DNA of 64,000 nt from Candidatus Hydrothermales bacterium (GTDB lineage: Bacteria; Hydrothermota; Hydrothermia; Hydrothermales; JAJRUZ01), in contig JBCNUW010000006.1 in the NCBI GenBank assembly GCA_039630575.1, positions 13,780 through 77,779 on the forward strand, given 5' to 3'. Shown here piece after piece: positions 48,465 to 58,368 of this stretch. Every line of letters begins with the position of its first letter. Positions within the stretch are counted from its first letter, which is position 1. Made by a program: the position numbers and the translations under genes. Below the pieces are notes generated by a model. It worked only from the letters and a program-made list of their open reading frames with translations, was not told the DNA's origin and did no database searches.

Positions 48465-49043
48465 ATGCTAAATTTAATTCTTTCAGAAATTCAGGAGTCT
48501 ATAGAGGTCAAAAGAAAATTTTTAGATTTTGCTCCAATCATAAAAAAGGCTTTAGAAATTTTGGAAAATTCTCTCTTTAATTCCGGTAAAATATTGATCT
48601 GTGGTAATGGTGGTTCAGCTGCTGATGCCCAGCACTTTGCAGCCGAACTTGTTGGCAAATACAGGGATGATAAGAGAAAAGGGCTTGCTGCTATTGCTTT
48701 GACAACTAATACATCCTCTATCACTGCTATAGCTAATGATATGGGTTTTGAAAATATCTTTTCTAGACAAATTGAAGCCGTAGGTAAAAAAGGAGATGTT
48801 TTAATTGCAATCTCAACATCTGGTAAATCTGAAAATGTAAATAGAGCCTGTGTAAAAGCTAAGGAATTAGGTATGAAGGTTATATATCTTACAGGTAGCG
48901 AAGATCCACCTGTTTATAAGCTCTGTGATTTGATAATAAAAGTTCCATCTTCATCTACCCCAAGAATACAGGAGGTTCATGGGCTTGTGCTTCATATTTT
49001 CGCCTATTTAATTGAAAAAAGGTCTTTAAATAGGACAGAATAA
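48465..49043 (+). CDS. gmhA: D-sedoheptulose 7-phosphate isomerase
   Basis: CGNGGSAADAQHFAAE, ISTSGKS, RIQEVH. Confidence 0.93.
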   Translation: MLNLILSEIQESIEVKRKFLDFAPIIKKALEILENSLFNSGKILICGNGGSAADAQHFAAELVGKYRDDKRKGLAAIALTTNTSSITAIANDMGFENIFSRQIEAVGKKGDVLIAISTSGKSENVNRACVKAKELGMKVIYLTGSEDPPVYKLCDLIIKVPSSSTPRIQEVHGLVLHIFAYLIEKRSLNRTE

Positions 49044-49050
49044 ATTAAAA

Positions 49051-49740
49051 ATGGAATTTAAAATACTTGATAAGGGTTTTGTAAGGCTCGTTGATTTCAT
49101 GGGGGGGGATAATTCTGTAGTTCAGGCTGCAAGAGTTTCCTATGGTAGTGGTTTAAAAGGAGAAGAAAAAGATAAAAGACTACTTTTTTATCTAATGGAA
49201 AATGAGCACATGACTCCCTTTGAACATTCAGTTTTTAAATTTCATGTTAAATGTCCTATATTTGTTGCAAGGCAATGGTTCAGACACAGGTGGGGATCTT
49301 ACAATGAGATTTCCGGTAGATATACTGAGTATAAAGAGGAGTTTTATTTACCAGAGAAATTAAGAGTTCAATCAAAAAAGGATAAACAGGTAGGTGAAAT
49401 TGGATTTATTAAAAATGAGGAGGAATTAATAGGAAAAATTCGTGAGATTCAGGAAAAGTCTTATGAAGTTTACAAGATTCTTATTGAGAGCAATGTTGCC
49501 CGTGAACTTGCCAGGATTGTTTGTCCTTTATCACTTTACACAGAATTTTATTGGACAGTAAATGCAAGGAGTTTAATGAACTTTTTAAGACTGAGACTTG
49601 AAGTTAATGCTCAGTATGAAATAAGGGAATATGCAAAGATCATTTTGAGAATTTTTAAGGAAAAAATGCCCTGGACTTATGAGGCTTTTTTAAATTTTTA
49701 CTTAAAAAACAGGGAGAGTTATAAAGATATTCAATTTTAA
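49051..49740 (+). CDS. thyX: FAD-dependent thymidylate synthase
   Basis: AARVSY, HMTPFEH, RQWFRHRWGSYNEISGRY, NARSLMNF, AQYEIR. Confidence 0.97.
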   Translation: MEFKILDKGFVRLVDFMGGDNSVVQAARVSYGSGLKGEEKDKRLLFYLMENEHMTPFEHSVFKFHVKCPIFVARQWFRHRWGSYNEISGRYTEYKEEFYLPEKLRVQSKKDKQVGEIGFIKNEEELIGKIREIQEKSYEVYKILIESNVARELARIVCPLSLYTEFYWTVNARSLMNFLRLRLEVNAQYEIREYAKIILRIFKEKMPWTYEAFLNFYLKNRESYKDIQF

Positions 49741-50971
49741 ATTTATTTCTATATTATTTTTTCTTTTATTAACTAGGCTCTTTTATGCCTTTGAAGGAAT
49801 AAAGGATAATAGTAGACTTTTAAAATCAATTCAAGATGCCTCTGAGTATCATAAACTCGCAATAAACTTAAGTTTAAATAAGGGGTTTAAAAGGGACGGA
49901 GATATTGAAACAGTAAGAACTCCCCTTTTGCCTTTCCTTTTATCTTTATTTTACAGATTTAATTCTTCACCTCTTATTAACTTTTATTTAAATATTTTAT
50001 TTTCAATTTTAGTTTTAATTTATGCAAAAAAGAAATTAAGTAAAAAATCCTTTTATTTTTTTTCAATATTTTTTATTTTTTCACCCAATCTAAATTTTAA
50101 TTCACTTTTTCCAACTGCCGATTACTTATTTGGTATTTTAGTTTTTTTTCTTTATATTTCTATAATAGAAAGAAAACTTTTCTTTATAATTTTAATTTTA
50201 TCACTTTTACCTTATTTAAAACCAGTAGGGCTTTTACTTCCTTTTTTTATTTCCTTTTATTTTCTCTTAAGGGAAAGTATTAGATATGCCCTTTTTATTT
50301 TGATTTTACCTTCTGTCATTTCTTTTTTTTGGATTATAAATATTTACATAAAAACTGGGTATTTTGGTTTTTCTGGTATTGTACCTGTTAATTTTTTTTC
50401 TTATTATGTTCCTTTTTCTGTTTCTGTTAAGGATAAGATTTCTTTTGAGGAAGCAAGAAAAAAATTAAGTGAAAGGTTAATCAAAAGGCTTCCTTCTAAT
50501 TATGAGGTTAAGGATTTATATTATGGGATGTTAAGTTTATCCTTTGATGAGCTAAAGAGAACTCTTCCATTTTTTTTAATATCTCATACAATTCTTTCAT
50601 TTAATACTCTTTTTTTTCCTATATCTTTTAGACCTTTAATAGTGTATCTAAATGGAAGAGAAATTGAAAAACCTGTTCAGCAGGAATTTTTGAGGCTTCT
50701 TTTTAGTGGAAGTTTTTTAGAAGGTTTTCATAAATTTTTTAGTGAAAGGTTAATTCTTTTTGGATTGAAAGGTTTAATTATTCTTTTATTTTCACTAATT
50801 TTTAATACGATTTTACTTTTACTATTTATAGTTAAGGTTTTAAAAAGTGGAGAAAATTTTTTTCTTATTTTCCTAATTCTTTTTCCGTTAATTTTCTCGA
50901 CTGGTGTGTTAGGGGAAGCAAGATTCAGAGTGCTTTTTGAGATTCTTTTAATATATTTTACATTTGCTTAA
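49721..50971 (+). CDS. GT-C/ArnT-like membrane glycosyltransferase; probable ATA start upstream of the track start (49928)
   Basis: Frame is open back to TAA 49703. The extension encodes TM1 plus DASEYHKLAINL...RTPLLP. C-terminal EARFR. Exact start uncertain. Confidence 0.7.
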   Translation: MKIFNFKFISILFFLLLTRLFYAFEGIKDNSRLLKSIQDASEYHKLAINLSLNKGFKRDGDIETVRTPLLPFLLSLFYRFNSSPLINFYLNILFSILVLIYAKKKLSKKSFYFFSIFFIFSPNLNFNSLFPTADYLFGILVFFLYISIIERKLFFIILILSLLPYLKPVGLLLPFFISFYFLLRESIRYALFILILPSVISFFWIINIYIKTGYFGFSGIVPVNFFSYYVPFSVSVKDKISFEEARKKLSERLIKRLPSNYEVKDLYYGMLSLSFDELKRTLPFFLISHTILSFNTLFFPISFRPLIVYLNGREIEKPVQQEFLRLLFSGSFLEGFHKFFSERLILFGLKGLIILLFSLIFNTILLLLFIVKVLKSGENFFLIFLILFPLIFSTGVLGEARFRVLFEILLIYFTFA

Positions 50972-50997
50972 ACTTTGGTCTTATAATAATTTTGGAC

Positions 50998-51072
50998 GGG
51001 GCCGTAGCTCAGGTTTGGGAGAGCGTCGGAATCGCACTCCGAAGGTCGGGGGTTCAAATCCCCTCGGCTCCA
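50998..51072 (+). tRNA. tRNA-Ala (anticodon CGC), CCA not encoded
   Basis: Acceptor GGGGCCG/CGGCTCC with G3:U70, A73, anticodon arm TCGGA-ATCGCAC-TCCGA, GTTCAAAT. Confidence 0.96.
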
Positions 51073-51084
51073 GATAAAAAATAT

Positions 51085-52539
51085 ATGAGAGAAATTATAA
51101 ATGAAGCTCTAAATGCCTTTGAAATTTTAAAAATTTCTTATGGTGAGATTAGAGCTATAGATAAGGAATCAGAGGTTATATTTTTAAAAAACGGTATAGT
51201 TGAAAATTTTTCAAGAAGTGAGGAAAGAGGTTACGGCATAAGGGTTTTTGAAAACGGTGGTATGGGTTTTGCTGCATCTAATGATTTTTCAAAAGATAAA
51301 GTTTTTGAGACTGTTAAAAAAGCAAAAAAACTATGTGAAGCCTCATATAAGTATTCCTCTTTTGGTTATAAATTAAATAAAGAAAAAGTAAGTAAAGGAG
51401 TTTATAAATCTGTTGTTCTTGTTGATCCCTTTGAAGTCTCAATTGAAGAAAAGTTAAGTTTTATGAGAGAAATTGATGGAAGACTTAAAAGTTCAAAGTA
51501 TAGTGTCTTGAGGAATGTTATATTAGCTTTTTTTAGGGAGAAAAAGTATTTTGCTTCTACCGAAGGTCACGATATTTACCAAGAAATTTATCACTCAGGC
51601 GGTGGCTATTCAGTTTACACTTTCAAGGATGGAATTTTACAGGTGAGATCTTATCCTGAAAGTCACGGAGGTAATTACCTTCAAGGTGGTTTTGAGGTTG
51701 TTGATAAGAAAGATTTTTTAGAAAAGGCATATGTTATTAGTGAAGAGGCTGATAAGCTTTTATTTGCTAAACCTGCTCCAGATGGAATTTTTGATCTTGT
51801 TATCATGCCGGGACAGATGGTATTACAGATCCATGAATCAGTAGGTCATGCTACTGAGCTTGATAGGGTTTTGGGGTATGAAGCTTCCTATGCAGGTACA
51901 AGTTTCTTGACTCCCGATGATCTTTTTAAGCTTAAGTATGCCTCGGAAATAGTTAATATCGTAGCAGACGCAACTTATCCTAAGGGTTTAGGAACTTTTG
52001 GGTACGATGACGAAGGAACAGAAGCAAAAAAGATTTATCTAATAAGAAATGGTATACTTAATGGATTTCTTTCATCTAGAGATACTTCTCTGTACATAAA
52101 CTCTGAATCCTCAGGTTGTGCAAGAGCTTCAAGTTGGAACAGGATACCTATAGTAAGGATGACAAACATAAACCTTGAACCCCAGGATAGAGAGCTTGAG
52201 GATCTTATTTCTGATATAAAGGAAGGTTTTTTAATTGACGTGAACAAGTCTTGGAGTATTGATGAAAAAAGACTTAATTTTCAATTTGTATGTGAAATAG
52301 GTTATAAAATAGAAAACGGTAAGTTAACAGGTGAAATTGTAAGGGATCCCCTTTATTATGGTATTACACCAGAGTTTTGGAATTCCTGTGATGGTATAGG
52401 AAAAGATCAAATTCTTTACGGACTTTTAAACTGTGGAAAAGGTGAACCAGGACAGTCTATGCATGTTGGTCATGCCTCTCCTCCTGCAAGGTTTAGGAAG
52501 GTTAAATTCGGCTCTGGATCCTTAATGAGTGGTGCTTGA
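51085..52539 (+). CDS. tldD: TldD-family metalloprotease
   Basis: IHESVGHATELDR, YDDEG, PIVRMTN, NCGKGEPGQ. Start ATG 51085; the track start at 50992 spans the tRNA. Confidence 0.92.
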   Translation: MREIINEALNAFEILKISYGEIRAIDKESEVIFLKNGIVENFSRSEERGYGIRVFENGGMGFAASNDFSKDKVFETVKKAKKLCEASYKYSSFGYKLNKEKVSKGVYKSVVLVDPFEVSIEEKLSFMREIDGRLKSSKYSVLRNVILAFFREKKYFASTEGHDIYQEIYHSGGGYSVYTFKDGILQVRSYPESHGGNYLQGGFEVVDKKDFLEKAYVISEEADKLLFAKPAPDGIFDLVIMPGQMVLQIHESVGHATELDRVLGYEASYAGTSFLTPDDLFKLKYASEIVNIVADATYPKGLGTFGYDDEGTEAKKIYLIRNGILNGFLSSRDTSLYINSESSGCARASSWNRIPIVRMTNINLEPQDRELEDLISDIKEGFLIDVNKSWSIDEKRLNFQFVCEIGYKIENGKLTGEIVRDPLYYGITPEFWNSCDGIGKDQILYGLLNCGKGEPGQSMHVGHASPPARFRKVKFGSGSLMSGA

Positions 52540-53816
52540 TTAAAAAACTAATTTTTATTTTTTTTACTTTTTTTTCTTGTATAACTTTTAGAAGTTATTT
52601 TAACACATTTTATAATGCCAAAAAGTATTATAAAGAAGCTGAAAAGAGATTTTACCAAAATAAAAGAAAGGTTACCTCTGATGTTAAAACTATGTATGAT
52701 AAATCCTTAGAAAAATTTTTAAGAGTAATAAAGTATTTTCCTGGTTCACCCTTTTTTGAAGATGCTATTTTTTTCTCAGGAATGATTTATATAAGATTAG
52801 ATGATAAGATAAATGCTATTAAAAAGTACGAGGAGCTAGTGAAGTATTTTCCAAGAAGTTCTTTTACTGCTCTTTTTTCTGATTCACTACTTTTCTATCT
52901 TCTTCAAAAAAAAGATGTTGAGAGTTATCTATATGTTTTAACTTTATATCCATCAAAAGAAAGTCAAAATTTTTATTTCTTTAAGGCAAAGTTGTTTGAG
53001 ATGGAAGAGGAGTATGATTCATCTTTTTTTTATGCAAAGAGGGTTTTAAAAGTCGGTTCATTTTTTTGGAGAGAAAAAATTCTTTCTGTATATGTTAAGT
53101 CAGCACTTAAATTAGGTATGTTAGATTCAGCGCTTAATTATAAAAAAGATTTGGAAAATAAAAAGGATTTGACCCTTTTGCTTGCGGAGGTTTATGTAAA
53201 AGTTGGAGAGCTTGAAAAGGCAAAAGAAATTTTAAAAAATTTCGATTTGGAGAATAAAAATTATGAAAGTGTAAAGTTACTGATGAGAATATATGAAAAA
53301 GAAAATAGTATTTTAGAGATGAAAAAAGTTTTGAAAAATTTTCTTTTGAAAGGTGAGGATCATCTCCAAAGACAGGAGCTTGGTTTTGAACTTGCAAACA
53401 TCTATTTTAAGGAGGATAGTCTTTCTAATTTAAAAGATCTTTTAAATGAAATTAAAAAGGTATCACCTTCATCAGATTATGGAAGAAAATCTACAATTTG
53501 GTTGGGATTAATTGAAAGTGAGGAAAGACTCAAAAATTTAGATGGAGATATTTTAAAGAAGGAGCTTTTAAGACTTGGAGAATCCTATTATGTTGATATT
53601 GGTTTATACAAAAAGGCGATAGAGATATTTGAAGACTATGTAAAAAGATTTCCTGATGACAGAGAAATTCCCAGAGTTTTATATCTTATTATATTTATTT
53701 ATAAAAACTTTCTTCCTGATACAGAAAAGATTGAAAGTTATTATAAAATTTTAGAGATAAAATATAAAGGAAGTTTTTATCATGTTATCGCGAGAGATCT
53801 TCTTGAAAAAAATTGA
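52536..53816 (+). CDS. TPR lipoprotein (BamD/SprE-like)
   Basis: Lipobox-like FFSC, YFNTFYNA, repeated KYFP.S TPR ends. Confidence 0.7.
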   Translation: MIKKLIFIFFTFFSCITFRSYFNTFYNAKKYYKEAEKRFYQNKRKVTSDVKTMYDKSLEKFLRVIKYFPGSPFFEDAIFFSGMIYIRLDDKINAIKKYEELVKYFPRSSFTALFSDSLLFYLLQKKDVESYLYVLTLYPSKESQNFYFFKAKLFEMEEEYDSSFFYAKRVLKVGSFFWREKILSVYVKSALKLGMLDSALNYKKDLENKKDLTLLLAEVYVKVGELEKAKEILKNFDLENKNYESVKLLMRIYEKENSILEMKKVLKNFLLKGEDHLQRQELGFELANIYFKEDSLSNLKDLLNEIKKVSPSSDYGRKSTIWLGLIESEERLKNLDGDILKKELLRLGESYYVDIGLYKKAIEIFEDYVKRFPDDREIPRVLYLIIFIYKNFLPDTEKIESYYKILEIKYKGSFYHVIARDLLEKN

Positions 53817-54567
53817 AGGTGAGATTCTTAATAACATAGATCTTGGGGAAGGTATGTTTCATCTTGTTGTTTCAGCCCAAGAGCTTGCAAGGAGAGTGAA
53901 ACCTGGTCAATTTGTGAACATAAAAATTCTTGATTCACTTTATCCTTTTATAAGGAGACCTTATAGTGTCTGGAGTGCTGAGGATGATGTAGTTGAATTT
54001 TTAATAAAGGTTAGTGGTTTAGGCTCAAAATTACTTTCTGAGAGAAAAAGGGGGAAAATAGATCTACTTGGGCCTTTAGGCAGGGCTTTCCCTGAGCCAA
54101 CCTTTGATGGTAAGATTGTTTTAATTGGTGGCGGAACCGGCATAGCTCCTCTGATGTTTTATGTTAGATATTACAACTTGAATGATTTTAAGTTAATATA
54201 TGGTTCAAAAACTTTCCCTCCTGATTATTTAGTTTCAAGGTTAGGAGAAATAAAGGGTGATTTTCTAATCAGTACTGAGGATGGTTCATATGGATTTAAG
54301 GGTCTTGTTGTAGATTATGTGAAGGTATTAATAAAAGAGGGTTATATTGATCCCCAAAAGTCTATTTTTATAATATGTGGTCCTCTTGCTATGTTGAAAT
54401 CTTTTCAATTTTTGCCACCTGAAAATACTTATGTTTCGATGGAAGGAAGAATGGCTTGTGGTTTTGGTGTCTGTATGGGTTGTGCTGTAAAAAGAAGAAA
54501 GGAAGGGGGATATTTAAGAACCTGTACTGATGGTCCTCTTTTTAGGTTTTCTGATATAGAGTTATGA
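53782..54567 (+). CDS. pyrK: Dihydroorotate dehydrogenase electron transfer subunit
   Basis: PGQFV, RRPYS, GPLG, GGGTGIAP, CGP, MACGFGVCMGC...C. Confidence 0.94.
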   Translation: MLSREIFLKKIEGEILNNIDLGEGMFHLVVSAQELARRVKPGQFVNIKILDSLYPFIRRPYSVWSAEDDVVEFLIKVSGLGSKLLSERKRGKIDLLGPLGRAFPEPTFDGKIVLIGGGTGIAPLMFYVRYYNLNDFKLIYGSKTFPPDYLVSRLGEIKGDFLISTEDGSYGFKGLVVDYVKVLIKEGYIDPQKSIFIICGPLAMLKSFQFLPPENTYVSMEGRMACGFGVCMGCAVKRRKEGGYLRTCTDGPLFRFSDIEL

Positions 54568-55505
54568 ATTTAGAGGTAAATCTATCTGGATTGAAGTTAA
54601 AAAATCCCTTTATGCCAGCTTCAGGGACCTTTGCTTATGGAGTTGAGCTTTTAGATCATAAGAACGAAGTTGATATTACTGAATTTGGAGCAATTGTTAC
54701 AAAAGGAATAAGTTTAAATGAAAGGTTTGGAAATCCGCCTGAAAGGATTGCAGAGGTTCCCTGCGGTCTTCTTAATTCGATAGGTCTTGAAAACATTGGA
54801 TTAGAAAGATTTATAAAGGAAAAATGGCCTTTACTAAAAAAAATTGGTGTTCCAGTAATAGTGAACATTTTTGCCGAGAAAGAGGATGAATTTGAAGTTT
54901 TGTCAGAGGAGCTTAACAAGGCTAAGGTTCATGCTCTTGAAGTTAATTTATCCTGTCCTAATGTTGACAGAGGTGGGATGGAGTTTGGACAGGATAAGAA
55001 GGTTGCTGGTAGAATAGTGGGAATTGTAAAGAGTAGGTTTAGGGAGGGTCCTGTTTTTGTTAAGTTGGCACCAAATTTTGTAAACATTATTGATGTAGCA
55101 AAAGAATGCGAGAAAAATGGGGCTGATGGGTTATCTTTAATAAATACTATTATGGGAATGGCAATTGACGTAGAGAAAAGGGAGTTTCTTATTCCAAGGG
55201 GTGTGGCAGGTCTTTCAGGGCCTGCAATTCACCCTATAGCTCTTTATATTGTTTATAAAGTTTATCAGGAAGTTAACATCCCAATTATTGGTGTGGGTGG
55301 AGTTTATGACTATAGAACAGCTCTTGAATTTTTAATGGTTGGAGCTAAGGCTGTTCAAGTAGGTTCTATGATTTTTGTAGAACCGGGAATAATTAACAAA
55401 ATAATAAGAGATACAAAGGATTTTATGAGAAGACATAAAATAGATGACATAAAAAAAATAATTGGAAGTATGCAAGTAATTAAAAAAGGAGAGAGGGAAA
55501 AATGA
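54564..55505 (+). CDS. pyrD: Dihydroorotate dehydrogenase class 1B catalytic subunit
   Basis: ASGT, NSIGLEN, NLSCPNV, VKL, INT, GLSGPAI. Confidence 0.96.
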   Translation: MNLEVNLSGLKLKNPFMPASGTFAYGVELLDHKNEVDITEFGAIVTKGISLNERFGNPPERIAEVPCGLLNSIGLENIGLERFIKEKWPLLKKIGVPVIVNIFAEKEDEFEVLSEELNKAKVHALEVNLSCPNVDRGGMEFGQDKKVAGRIVGIVKSRFREGPVFVKLAPNFVNIIDVAKECEKNGADGLSLINTIMGMAIDVEKREFLIPRGVAGLSGPAIHPIALYIVYKVYQEVNIPIIGVGGVYDYRTALEFLMVGAKAVQVGSMIFVEPGIINKIIRDTKDFMRRHKIDDIKKIIGSMQVIKKGEREK

Positions 55506-56197
55506 CAGAACTTATAATTGCTTTAAATACAAATAATTTGGAGTTAGCTAAAAGGTGGGTTGATCTATTTTTGCCTTATGTAAAATGGTTTAAGGTAGGT
55601 TATCCACTTTACATAGTTGGTGGTAACAAATTCATAGAATATCTTAAGGAGAAAGGAGCTAAGATTTTTCTTGATCTTAAATTTTTCGATATCCCCTCTG
55701 TTGTTTCTCTTGCTGTTAAAGAAGTTAAAAAATTAAAAGTTGATATGTTAACCCTTCATACACTCGGAGGTTTTGAAATGCTTGAGTCAGCTTGTAAGAG
55801 TTTATGGGAAATTGAGAAAGGAGAAAGACCCCTTTTAATTGGTGTTACAATTTTAACAAGTATGTCTGAAGCTACATTAAGAGATATTTCTGACACTGAA
55901 AAGTCAATGGAGGAAGAAATTATGAACCTTGTGAAGCTTGCAAAATCAGCAGGTCTTGATGGGGTTGTAGTTTCTGGTGAAGAGCTTGAGATTGTAAAAA
56001 GAGTATGCGGTAAGGATTTTTTAGCAGTTGTTCCAGGAGTAAGACTAAAGGAAGATTTGGCTCTTGATCAGGAAAGGGTTATAACGCCAGCTGAGGCAAA
56101 AGAAAAAGGAGCAGATTTTCTTGTTGTGGGAAGACCTATCACTCATTCTGAAGATCCTATTGAAAAATTAAAAAATTATTTAGATGAGATAAAGTGA
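55502..56197 (+). CDS. pyrF: Orotidine-5'-phosphate decarboxylase
   Basis: FKVG, FLDLKFFDIP, VTILTS, PGVR, DQ.R, VVGRPI. Confidence 0.95.
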   Translation: MTELIIALNTNNLELAKRWVDLFLPYVKWFKVGYPLYIVGGNKFIEYLKEKGAKIFLDLKFFDIPSVVSLAVKEVKKLKVDMLTLHTLGGFEMLESACKSLWEIEKGERPLLIGVTILTSMSEATLRDISDTEKSMEEEIMNLVKLAKSAGLDGVVVSGEELEIVKRVCGKDFLAVVPGVRLKEDLALDQERVITPAEAKEKGADFLVVGRPITHSEDPIEKLKNYLDEIK

Positions 56198-56216
56198 TCT
56201 ATTAAAAAGAGAGTTT

Positions 56217-56765
56217 GTGTTAAAGAAAAATAAACCCTTTGTTATTGCTCTCTGTGGTTATACAGGAGCAGGAAAGTCTTATGTAGCAAATATTTTGGAG
56301 AAAAAGATTGATTGTGTTGTCTTAAGATCAGATATTATAAGAAAGGAGCTAGCGGGTATTGATATATCTGTTCATGTTTATGATGATTTTGAGAAAGGTA
56401 TCTATAGTAAGGATATGACAGAAAGGGTTTATAGCGAAATGTTTGAGAGAGCTAAAAAGGCTATAATGAATTCAAAGAATGTTATCCTTGATGCGAGTTT
56501 TTTAGAAAAAGAGAAAAGAGATAAGTTAAGAGAGTTTGTTAGGACTTTGGGTGTTAAACTTTTTATTCTTTGGATTGAAGCTTCTCCTTTTTTGATTAAA
56601 AGGAGGTTAGAAAAAAGGAGAGATGATGTTTCTGATGGTAGATGGGAAATATATTTAAAGCAAAGGGAAAAATATGAAAAACCCTTAGAAGAAGATGTGA
56701 TGTATATAAAAAATGATGGAAAGATTCATAAAAGAATAGAGGAGTTTATAAGGAAAATTCTTTAA
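56217..56765 (+). CDS. P-loop kinase (AAA_33/gluconokinase-like)
   Basis: CGYTGAGKS, SDIIRKELAG, VILDASF, VSDG. Confidence 0.85.
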   Translation: MLKKNKPFVIALCGYTGAGKSYVANILEKKIDCVVLRSDIIRKELAGIDISVHVYDDFEKGIYSKDMTERVYSEMFERAKKAIMNSKNVILDASFLEKEKRDKLREFVRTLGVKLFILWIEASPFLIKRRLEKRRDDVSDGRWEIYLKQREKYEKPLEEDVMYIKNDGKIHKRIEEFIRKIL

Positions 56766-56802
56766 ATTTGCTTTTTAAGTTTTTTTTATTATAAAATTCA
56801 CG

Positions 56803-56904
56803 ATGACCCTTTTAAGAGATTTACTTCTATTAATAATTTTTATATTTATTCCAGTTATTTTAATGATTTATTCTGTTTATATGTATACTAAGGAGGAGGA
56901 TTAA
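56803..56904 (+). CDS. 33-aa single-TM protein, probable accessory subunit of the symporter (not in track)
   Basis: MTLLRDLLLLIIFIFIPVILMIYSVYMYTKEED*; TAATG overlap with the symporter ATG; promoter directly upstream. Confidence 0.78.
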   Translation: MTLLRDLLLLIIFIFIPVILMIYSVYMYTKEED

Positions 56905-58355
56905 TGTTTCCTCATCACATTGTAATATGGGTAGTATTCGTTTTCTATCTTTTTCTTCTTCTGTTTATTGGATTTTTTGCACAAAGGAAGTTTTCAAGAA
57001 CTTATGAAGATTTTGTTGTTGCAGGTAAAAATCTTGGTAAGTGGGTTACGGCAATTTCAGCTTCGGCCTCAGCTGAAAGTGCATGGCTAATTTTGGGTCT
57101 TTCTGGATACGGTTTTATTTACGGTTTTGGGTCGTACTGGATTGCTTTAGGTGGAATATTAGGTTATTGGTTCAATGCTTTATTTATAATTTCTCAATTA
57201 AAAAAAGATACTGATAGGTTTAAAAGTTTAACAATTTCTGATTACATAGAAAGTAAGCTTAACGATAAATATCATATTTTTAGAACACTTTCTGCAATTA
57301 TTGTGACCTTCTTTATGACAGCTTATGTGGTCGCTCAATTTACAGGATCTGGGAAGCAACTTGAAGGTATGGGTCTTGCTTCATATAAGGTAGGAGTTTT
57401 GATAGGAGGACTTATAATAGCTATCTATGTTATTCTTGGTGGTTATGCTGCAGTTTCCTATACTGACTTGATTCAAGGTATTTTAATGGTTTTTGTTCTT
57501 GCTATATTTCCTTTAATTGCAATTTTTGTAATAGGTGGTCCTTTCGAGTTTTTTAAGAAAGCAGGAGAATTAGGTTTAACTCATCTATGGGGTCCGGATA
57601 AGTTTTCCTTTTTTGTATTAGGTTTTTTAATAGGTGAGGCGATAGGTATTGCTTTTGGGTATCCTGGAATGCCTCATGTTGTGATAAGATATTTTACCGT
57701 TAAGGATATAAAAGAGGGTAAAAGGGCCGGTTTAATAGCAATTTTATGGGGTTTTTTTGCTTACTTTGGTTCTTGTACTCTTGGTATTGCGGGAAGAGTT
57801 CTTGTTGAAATGGGAAAGCTTCCAAATCCAGGTGATCCGGAAAAGATTTTACCGTTGTTTGTTGTAACTTTTTTAAATCCTGTTTTAGCAGGGATTGTTT
57901 TATCTGCAGTAACAGCTGCGATTATGTCAACAGCAGATTCTCAGCTTATGTATTCATCAACTACTATTTTGAATGATGTATATCTTATTTTCAAGGGGAA
58001 AAGACCACAGCAAAAGTTTTTAATTTTAGGGACAAGAATTGTTATATTGATTTTGTCCTTGATTGCCCTTTTGTTTGCTTTGATTGAAGTAAGATTTATT
58101 TATAGATTTGTCCTTTATGCTTGGAGTGCTCTTGGGTCAGCCTTCTCTCCAGTTATTATTCTTTCTCTTTACGATAAAAAATTTAATAAATACGGTGCTA
58201 TAACATGTCTCATAGTAGGTCCAGTTGTAACAATTTTGTGGAAAGATATTTTTAAATTAACAAAGTATCTTTATGAACTTTTTCCTGCTTTTCTTATTAG
58301 TTTATTTTTAGGTTTTTTAGTTAGCAGAGTTTCTAAAAAATTGCAAAAAAATTAA
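56904..58355 (+). CDS. Sodium:solute symporter (PutP-like)
   Basis: SASASAESAW, GGYAAVSYTDLIQG, GYPGMPH, AAIMSTADSQL; AGGAGG SD. Confidence 0.92.
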   Translation: MFPHHIVIWVVFVFYLFLLLFIGFFAQRKFSRTYEDFVVAGKNLGKWVTAISASASAESAWLILGLSGYGFIYGFGSYWIALGGILGYWFNALFIISQLKKDTDRFKSLTISDYIESKLNDKYHIFRTLSAIIVTFFMTAYVVAQFTGSGKQLEGMGLASYKVGVLIGGLIIAIYVILGGYAAVSYTDLIQGILMVFVLAIFPLIAIFVIGGPFEFFKKAGELGLTHLWGPDKFSFFVLGFLIGEAIGIAFGYPGMPHVVIRYFTVKDIKEGKRAGLIAILWGFFAYFGSCTLGIAGRVLVEMGKLPNPGDPEKILPLFVVTFLNPVLAGIVLSAVTAAIMSTADSQLMYSSTTILNDVYLIFKGKRPQQKFLILGTRIVILILSLIALLFALIEVRFIYRFVLYAWSALGSAFSPVIILSLYDKKFNKYGAITCLIVGPVVTILWKDIFKLTKYLYELFPAFLISLFLGFLVSRVSKKLQKN

Positions 58356-58368
58356 AAGAATAAACATA

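Noticed and set aside
51070..51072. Apparent encoded CCA end of tRNA-Ala
   Set aside because: These bases are C71, C72 and the A73 discriminator; the following sequence is GAT, so CCA is not encoded.
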